DNA of 64,000 nucleotides, from assembly GCA_963702915.1 (NCBI GenBank), contig OY969770.1:4768817-4832816 (forward strand), given 5' to 3'. Source of the DNA: Candidatus Acidiferrales bacterium. Its GTDB lineage: Bacteria; Acidobacteriota; Terriglobia; Acidiferrales; UBA7541. The notes beneath the pieces are model-generated. The model was given only the letters and a program-made list of their open reading frames with translations, made no database searches and was not told the DNA's origin. Of this stretch, positions 57,777-64,000 are shown one piece after another (position 1 is the stretch's first letter; each line of letters starts with the position of its first letter). Position numbers and translations under genes: made by a program.

Positions 57777-60488
57777 TTATTCGTAACGAAGAGCAATGAT
57801 GGGGTCGACGCGGGTGGCGCGGCGCGCGGGGAGATAGGCTGCGAGGGCGGCGGAACTGAAGAGAACGAGTGCGGCGGCGGAAAACGTTATGGGATCGGAG
57901 GGCTTCAATTCGTAGAGCATGGATTGGAGAAGCTTGGTCATAGCGATAGCCAAACCTAGGCCAATGGCGGTGCCTACACCGACGACAGCGAGAATTTGGC
58001 GCAGAATCAGCCAGAGAACGTTTTGGCGAGTGGCGCCCAGAGCGATGCGGATGCCAATTTCGCGGGTCCGGCGCAGCACGGTGAAAGCAACAACACCGTA
58101 GATGCCGATGGCGGCGAGAAAGGTGGCCAAGAAGCCGAACAGGCTGGTGAGCCAGCTCACGAGGCGATCCTGGGTGAGGGACTCGTCGATTTGGGTGGAA
58201 AGTGTCTTCACCTCATAGAGGGGAAGATTGGGATCGACTTGATGAACCTGATCGCGAATCAGTTCAGCGGACTTTATGGGATCGCCGACAGTCTTGATGT
58301 GCAGGGTCAGGTCGAACAAATGCGGAATTTGGGAGAGAGGGACGTAAAAGTGGAGACGGGAGTGTTCCTTGAGATTTACGTACTTTGCGTCCCTGACGAC
58401 GCCGACAATTTCGATGGTTGGCTTGGCGCCGGGAGTGTCATTTGTGTCGATGTGCTTGCCGAGGGGGTTGCGGTCACCGAAGAAGTAGTGAGCCATGGAT
58501 TCGTTGATGACGGCAACTTTGGGAGACGTGGCGAGGTCGGTTTCGGAGAACTCGCGACCGGAGGTGATAGGAATGCCGAGGGTTTTGAAGTAATCGCTGG
58601 AAACAGCGGCGGCGTTGGGGTTCATGGTTTCGCCGTCGCGGGGCTGGTAGCCTTCGACGATGACGCTTTCGGTGTCCCATCCGCCGGAGATGGGAGAGTA
58701 GGTGGCGAGGCTGGCGGAGCGCACACCAGGAGTGGAGCGCACACGCTCGAGTATTTCGTTGAAAAGATTCCGGACGCGATCGGGGGAATACTGATTCAAG
58801 GAAGGGTCGAGATTGGCCAGGAGGATATTCTCCTTTGCGAAGCCGGGGTCCATGGTGCGGAGATTTCTGAGGCTGTGCAAAAACAATCCAGCGCCGATAA
58901 GAAGGGGAAGGCACAGAGCGACCTGAAGAGCGAGCAAGAGCGATCGAAGATTAAATAGATAGGCCCCTTGAACAATCGAAGGAGCTTCTCCCCGCATTAC
59001 ATCGGAAAGGGGCGAGCGCGATGCGCGGAGGCCCGGGGCCAGGCCGATGAACAGACCCATCAGAATAGCCACGCCCAAGGCAAAGCCGAAGCTGCCCAGG
59101 TTTAGCGGCTGCTGGAGATTGGTTTGAAAATCGGCAGGAAGAAAAGCAACCAGGGCAGACTTTGACCAGAAGGCGACAATCACGCCCGCCGCGCCGCCAG
59201 CAAACGAAGTGATGACGCTTTCCGTGAGCCATTGTTGCAGGAGGCGCGATTGAGTAGCACCGAGGGCCAAGCGCACAGCGGTTTCTGACTTGCGCGCCAC
59301 GGTGCGAGCAAGAAGCATGTTGGCGAGGTTGGCGGTGAGAATCAGAAGAACAATCGTGGTGACCGCCAAGAGCAAGAAGAGGGGGCGGCGGAATTGCTGT
59401 TGCATATGCAGAAATCCGCGGCTGCCATCGGTCAATTTCAGTTGTACGCGAAGGAATCTTTCGTGGTCAAGGGCGCTGCCGGTGGACAATTGCGACACTT
59501 CCGCAGCGCGAAGTTGGTGAAAGAGAATTTCCATCGAGGCTTGAGCCTGGGCGAGAGGAACATCAGGTTTGCGGCGGCCCATGACGGTCAACCAGCGGTA
59601 CGCGCGGCTTTGCAAGCGGTTAAAGGGAAGAGGAACGAAGAGGGGCGTCATCTTAAAGGGCACCTGCACGGCAGGATTGTTGGACAAGTCGGTGCCATAG
59701 AAACCGGGCGGAGTGACGCCAATGACGATGAAGGAATGGTCGTTGAGAATGATCTTGCGATTCACGATGGACGCATCACTCCCGAAACGAAGCTTCCAGA
59801 AATCGTAACTGATTACCGCGACGGGAGATGCGTTTTGATTTTCGTCGTCGGCGTCGTCAAGCAAACGGCCAATCCATGGGCGAACGCCGAGGACGGAGAA
59901 ATAGTCACCGGAGACCAGTTCGCCACGAACGCGTTCGCTGGCGCCCTGGAAGACGAGGTTCATGGGAACGCCGCTGCGAGCGACGAGGCCGGACAAGACA
60001 TCATTTTTGCCGCGCAGATCGCGATACATAGGATAGGAAAAGGAAAAGTTGGAGTAGCCGTAGCCTTCGCTGGAGGAAAGCAGGGCGAGCTCCTCAGGGT
60101 TGTGGACCGGCAACGGGCGGCTCAGGACAGACTGCATGAGAGAGAAGATGGCAGCATTTCCGCCGATACCGAGGGAAATGGTGAGGATGGCGACGACGGT
60201 AAAGGCAGGAGATTTGCGGAGCATGCGGAGGGCGAAGCGCACGTCTTGCAGGAGGGATTCAAGGAAGGGGAAGGTGCGTTGATCGCGGACGGATTCTTTG
60301 GTTTGTTCGAGGCCACCGAGGGTGAGGAGCGCGATGCGACGGGCTTCTTCTGGGGTCATTCCGGAACGGAGATTGTCTGCGATGTGCATTTCTAAGTGAC
60401 TGGCGAGTTCGTCTTGCAGATCGCGATCGAGCTGTTCTTTGCGGAACAGGTTGCGGAGGCGCTGGAACCAGATGCTTAGAGGTCTCAT
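57777..60488 (-). CDS. ADOP-type permease no. 1
   Basis: Prefix domain, duplicated MacB/FtsX halves, DPIIALRYE. Confidence 0.93.
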   Translation of the reverse strand: MRPLSIWFQRLRNLFRKEQLDRDLQDELASHLEMHIADNLRSGMTPEEARRIALLTLGGLEQTKESVRDQRTFPFLESLLQDVRFALRMLRKSPAFTVVAILTISLGIGGNAAIFSLMQSVLSRPLPVHNPEELALLSSSEGYGYSNFSFSYPMYRDLRGKNDVLSGLVARSGVPMNLVFQGASERVRGELVSGDYFSVLGVRPWIGRLLDDADDENQNASPVAVISYDFWKLRFGSDASIVNRKIILNDHSFIVIGVTPPGFYGTDLSNNPAVQVPFKMTPLFVPLPFNRLQSRAYRWLTVMGRRKPDVPLAQAQASMEILFHQLRAAEVSQLSTGSALDHERFLRVQLKLTDGSRGFLHMQQQFRRPLFLLLAVTTIVLLILTANLANMLLARTVARKSETAVRLALGATQSRLLQQWLTESVITSFAGGAAGVIVAFWSKSALVAFLPADFQTNLQQPLNLGSFGFALGVAILMGLFIGLAPGLRASRSPLSDVMRGEAPSIVQGAYLFNLRSLLLALQVALCLPLLIGAGLFLHSLRNLRTMDPGFAKENILLANLDPSLNQYSPDRVRNLFNEILERVRSTPGVRSASLATYSPISGGWDTESVIVEGYQPRDGETMNPNAAAVSSDYFKTLGIPITSGREFSETDLATSPKVAVINESMAHYFFGDRNPLGKHIDTNDTPGAKPTIEIVGVVRDAKYVNLKEHSRLHFYVPLSQIPHLFDLTLHIKTVGDPIKSAELIRDQVHQVDPNLPLYEVKTLSTQIDESLTQDRLVSWLTSLFGFLATFLAAIGIYGVVAFTVLRRTREIGIRIALGATRQNVLWLILRQILAVVGVGTAIGLGLAIAMTKLLQSMLYELKPSDPITFSAAALVLFSSAALAAYLPARRATRVDPIIALRYE

Positions 60489-60530
60489 CGTTACGGCTCC
60501 GAGAGAGCAGAGAGAAGAGAGACTATGACG

Positions 60531-60636
60531 TTAGGTCGTAAGAGCCCACCCTTCGCAAAAGGCGCGAAGGATGGGGCACCCTCAAGAACAGGGGAATGGC
60601 GGCGTGACGAAGAACAGCCAAGAGTGTCTGTGCTAC
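60531..60636. repeat. Composite repeat, partner copy at 56885-57016
   Basis: Same blocks in the same order and orientation as the 56885 copy. Confidence 0.8.
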
Positions 60637-60657
60637 CGGATTCCCGAGCAACGCGCT

Positions 60658-61002
60658 TCATGAAGGCTGCTCCTTGGTGGTCAAGAAGCGGGCGAGGATG
60701 GCGGTGGTCTGCTGCCATTCGCGGGCTTCTTTATCGAGTTGCTTGCGGCCGGTGCGCGTGAGTTTGTAATACTTGGCTTTGCGATTGTTGTCGGAGACGC
60801 CCCACTCGGAGGCGATGTAGCCTTCCTGCTCGAGTTTGAGGAGGGCGGGATAGAGCGTGCCGTAATTGACAGAGAGGAGATCGCCGCTGGTCTGCTCGAT
60901 GCGGCGAGCGATGCCGTAGCCGTGAAGCGGGCCGAGCGATTCGAGAGTTTTCAGGACCATCAAGGCCAAGGTGCCTTGCCAGACGTCGGGTTTGTTGGAC
61001 AT
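60658..61002 (-). CDS. PadR-family regulator (acidobacterial type)
   Basis: QGTLALMVL, LHGYGIARRIEQ, GTLYPAL, NNRKAKYY. Confidence 0.94.
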   Translation of the reverse strand: MSNKPDVWQGTLALMVLKTLESLGPLHGYGIARRIEQTSGDLLSVNYGTLYPALLKLEQEGYIASEWGVSDNNRKAKYYKLTRTGRKQLDKEAREWQQTTAILARFLTTKEQPS

Positions 61003-61009
61003 GGTGCTC

Positions 61010-61060
61010 CTATGGGAAAGCCATAGAGAAGCTACGCCAACTCCTATGGGAAAGCAATAG
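61010..61060. promoter_or_regulatory. Paired 6-5-6 palindromic operator candidates upstream of padR
   Basis: CTATGG-GAAAG-CCATAG (61010-61026, perfect) and CTATGG-GAAAG-CAATAG (61044-61060). Confidence 0.7.
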
Positions 61061-61394
61061 GGAATTGCAGCCTCAAATTTGAAGTCAGGGAGCGATTCAT
61101 CGCACAGAATACGTGCGATGGAAAACCGTACCTCCGCTCCGGGACGGCAAAAGGCGCCGTCCCTCCGGTCGGAATGACAAGGTTTGGGAGTTGGATGGCG
61201 TGGTTGGGGACAGATTGGCGTCCTATCCGTCTGAACCCAAAAGAACGGTCGCTTTGAAGCTCAGGGCAAGAGGAACCCAAGACCCAGGCACACACTCCGT
61301 GCCTGGGGCAACCAGCAAGTCAGGTGATTCTTCGCGCGCAGGAGGAAAAGCGGGGGTAAGGTATAATGCCGCACTGGGGAAGTTGCAGCGAAAC

Positions 61395-62441
61395 ATGACG
61401 CAAAAGAGAAATAGGGGAAAAGCGTCGGCGAAGACGCGCATGCGGAAGCGTTTGCGGTTCGCGAAGACACGTCTGCACGAACTGTGGATGATCGCGAAGG
61501 CGCTGACGGATACGAAGCACCCGATCCTGGTGCATATCATCCCAATGCGGCGCTGCAATCTGGATTGCACGTATTGCAACGAGTACGACGATGTGTCCAA
61601 GCCGGTGCCGCTGGAGGAGATGAAAGAGCGGCTGGACATTCTGGCGGACATGGGCACAACGATCATCACCATCAGCGGCGGCGAACCTCTGATGCATCCG
61701 GAACTGGACGAAATCGTCCGGCACACACGAAAACGCGGGATGATGGCGGGGCTGATCACGAATGGATTCTTCCTGAACAAAGAGAGGATTGAACGACTGA
61801 ATGAGGCCGGGCTGGAACACCTGCAGATCAGCATTGATAACGTGGTGCCGGACGAAGTCTCCAAGAAAAGCTTGAAAACGCTGGACGGACGACTGGAGAT
61901 GCTCTCGGAGTTCGCGGTATTTCAGGTGAACATTAATTCGGTGCTGGGCGGAGGAGTGAAGAACCCGGAAGATGCGCTGACGATTGCGCACCGCGCAGTG
62001 GAGCTGGGGTTCACGAGCACGGTGGGGATCATCCACGACCACGACGGTCAATTGAAGCCGCTGGGGAAACGCGAACAGGAAATTTTTGAAGAGATCATGA
62101 CACTGGGTAAGCGTTCGTTTTCGCGGTTCAATGAATTTCAGCACAACGTGGCGAGGGGAAGAGAGCACGATTGGAAATGCCGGGCGGGCTCGCGCTACCT
62201 GTACATTTGCGAGAATGGGCTGGTGCACTGGTGCTCGCAGCAACGAGGGTATCCGGGGATTCCACTGAAGGAATATACGACGGAACGGCGGCACCGGGAG
62301 TATTACACGCACAAGGGATGTGCGCCGAGGTGCACGGTGAGCTGCGTGCAGCAGGTGGGGATCCTGGATAACTGGCGGGGAGCGCAGACGCTGCAGCCGC
62401 AGCCGGCGGGCCAGGCGGACCTGGTACAGATTGCGAAGTAA
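61395..62441 (+). CDS. Radical SAM protein with Cys-rich C-terminal extension
   Basis: [18 protein letters not shown]; C-terminal [15 protein letters not shown]. Start moved to ATG 61395, downstream of TATAAT at 61362. Confidence 0.9.
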   Translation: MTQKRNRGKASAKTRMRKRLRFAKTRLHELWMIAKALTDTKHPILVHIIPMRRCNLDCTYCNEYDDVSKPVPLEEMKERLDILADMGTTIITISGGEPLMHPELDEIVRHTRKRGMMAGLITNGFFLNKERIERLNEAGLEHLQISIDNVVPDEVSKKSLKTLDGRLEMLSEFAVFQVNINSVLGGGVKNPEDALTIAHRAVELGFTSTVGIIHDHDGQLKPLGKREQEIFEEIMTLGKRSFSRFNEFQHNVARGREHDWKCRAGSRYLYICENGLVHWCSQQRGYPGIPLKEYTTERRHREYYTHKGCAPRCTVSCVQQVGILDNWRGAQTLQPQPAGQADLVQIAK

Positions 62442-62517
62442 AGATTTTTTCGCAAAGCGCCTTGGACGCGGTTGCAAGAAAATCCCAATTAACCTCTAAG
62501 TCCGAAGTTGAAGAGGG

Positions 62518-62672
62518 ATTCCTCCGCTCCGGGACGGCAAAGGGCGCCGTCCCTCCGGTCGGAATGACACGTTTTGTTGATAGGTTGATGGAGGGGAATG
62601 CAAATTCGGAGTTGAAGAGAGATTCCTCCGCTCCGGTGGGGCCAAAAGCGCCGTCCCTTCGGTCGGAATGAC
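62518..62672. repeat. Two tandem GATyyCTC...CGGTCGGAATGAC elements (family E)
   Basis: gattcctccgctccgggacggcaaagggcgccgtccctccggtcggaatgac and a variant; related copies at about 61128-61178, 14343-14416 and 28200-28235. Confidence 0.85.
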
Positions 62673-62816
62673 ACATTTTGGAGGCGTGAGAATACACTTT
62701 CGAGTTTCAAAATAGAGAAACGGATAGAGCGTGCCAGTGAGAGGCGGAGTTGCAATCCTCGCACATTCGATGGGCGTGCCGTTGACGTTCGGCGTAGGGT
62801 TTAAAAAGATATAGGA

Positions 62817-63770
62817 ATGGCCACCCCAGCAATTGAGATAGAACACCTGTCGAAGGAATATCCTTACGGGTTCTTGAATCTGAAGAAGAAAAAATCATTG
62901 GAAGACCTGAGCATGCAGGTCGAAACCGGCGAAGTGTTTGGCTTTCTGGGGCCAAACGGGGCCGGAAAATCCACGACCATCAAGCTGCTGATGCGCTTGA
63001 TTTTCCCGGATGGAGGAACGGCACGAATCCTGGGGAAATCAATCGACGACGTTTCCATGCACCGGGATATCGGATATTTGCCGGAACAGCCGTATTTCTA
63101 CGACTACCTGACGGCGGCAGAACTGCTGGATTACTTCGCGCGCTTTTACGGATTGACGGCGGCGGACCGGCAAACACGCGTGCAGAACATGCTGAAGAAG
63201 GTGGGACTGGAAACCGCGAAGAAAATTCAATTGCGGAAGTACTCGAAGGGCATGCTGCAACGCGTGGGGCTGGCGCAAGCGATTCTTCATGACCCGCAGG
63301 TGGTGGTTCTTGACGAGCCGATGTCCGGGCTGGACCCGATGGGGCGCCGCGAGGTACGGGACATCATCCTGGAATTAAAGAAGGAAGGGCGGACAGTGTT
63401 TTTTTCCACGCATATTCTTTCCGACGCGGAAGTGTTGTGCGACCGGGTGGGTGTGATTGTGGGCGGAAAGCTGCGCGGCGTGGGCGCGCCGGAAGAAATC
63501 GTGGGAATCAAGACAGAGGGAATGGAAATATTGTTCGAGGTGGCGGATGGGACAAATCTGCCGCTGCTGGCCAAGGCGACACGGTCAGGGGAGTGTTACC
63601 GCTTGCAATTTCCCGAGGAGGAGCTGTACGGAATCACTGACCAACTAAAGGCGGCGGGCGCGCGAATTCTTTCCGTGGCGCAGATCAAGCCGACGCTGGA
63701 AGACTTCTTCATGAACCTGGTGGAGGCGGACCGGGCGCAGGCGAACGCGGTCGAGGTGAGCGGAAAATGA
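62817..63770 (+). CDS. ABC transporter ATP-binding protein (ABC-2 type)
   Basis: GPNGAGKS, YSKGMLQR, LDEPMSGLDP, STH. Confidence 0.95.
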   Translation: MATPAIEIEHLSKEYPYGFLNLKKKKSLEDLSMQVETGEVFGFLGPNGAGKSTTIKLLMRLIFPDGGTARILGKSIDDVSMHRDIGYLPEQPYFYDYLTAAELLDYFARFYGLTAADRQTRVQNMLKKVGLETAKKIQLRKYSKGMLQRVGLAQAILHDPQVVVLDEPMSGLDPMGRREVRDIILELKKEGRTVFFSTHILSDAEVLCDRVGVIVGGKLRGVGAPEEIVGIKTEGMEILFEVADGTNLPLLAKATRSGECYRLQFPEEELYGITDQLKAAGARILSVAQIKPTLEDFFMNLVEADRAQANAVEVSGK

Positions 63771-64000
63771 ATAACGTGCGGACGGTGGCTGCGAATACGT
63801 TTCGGGAAGCGGTGCGGGACCGCGTGCTTTATAACCTGGTATTTTTCGCGCTGCTGATGATGGGAGCGGCGATCCTGGTGGGTCAGATTTCCATTGGGAT
63901 TGAGGAGAGCGTAATCATCAGCCTGGGATTAACGGCGATTTCGGTGGTCGGGCTGTTCATTGCGATGTTTATCGGCGTGGGGCTGGTGTCCAAGGAGATG
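63767..64000 (+). CDS. ABC-2 type permease (partial, runs off the window)
   Basis: Manual translation MNNVRTVAANTFREAVRDRVLYNLVFFALLMMGAAIL...; start overlaps the ATPase stop. Confidence 0.85.
   Translation, partial: MNNVRTVAANTFREAVRDRVLYNLVFFALLMMGAAILVGQISIGIEESVIISLGLTAISVVGLFIAMFIGVGLVSKEM

Noticed and set aside
37678-61002. Integron, shufflon or DGR explanation for the permease array
   Set aside because: No integrase, invertase, reverse transcriptase, attC-like sites or adenine-specific TR/VR pair was seen; all cassettes share one orientation.
62500-62680. CRISPR array suggested by the repeated ~50-bp units
   Set aside because: Only two adjacent copies, no regular unique spacers, no cas genes; the units recur singly elsewhere like REPs.
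1-64000. tRNA, rRNA, known riboswitches, prophage or IS genes
   Set aside because: No matching signatures were recognised on either strand by eye; a tRNAscan or Rfam run would be needed to exclude them fully.

Overview
GC-rich bacterial chromosomal window, almost certainly Acidobacteriota, judged from ADOP-type permeases with acidobacterial PadR regulators, a Ser/Thr kinase fused to a TolB-like propeller, and futalosine-pathway MqnD. No rRNA, tRNA, CRISPR array, integrase or transposase was seen. Positions 1-37.5 kb hold mixed housekeeping and accessory genes: arginase, asnS, Tat-exported oxidoreductases, ggt, mqnD, S9 peptidase, moeB, GGDEF/PilZ, galE, dgt and MscS. Positions 37.7-61.0 kb form a 23-kb minus-strand array of seven ~2.7-kb MacB-like (ADOP) permease genes with two PadR regulators, two ABC ATPases and one periplasmic adaptor. 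The array has near-identical DNA junctions between divergent gene cores, two decayed remnants (a PadR tail and a permease N-terminus) and paired 6-5-6 palindromic operators before each padR. Intergenic DNA is dense in several REP-like hairpin families, and one element is inserted in frame inside ggt. Where a start differs from the ORF track it was moved by eye to a better RBS/motif-supported codon. All family assignments come from motif recognition, not database searches.
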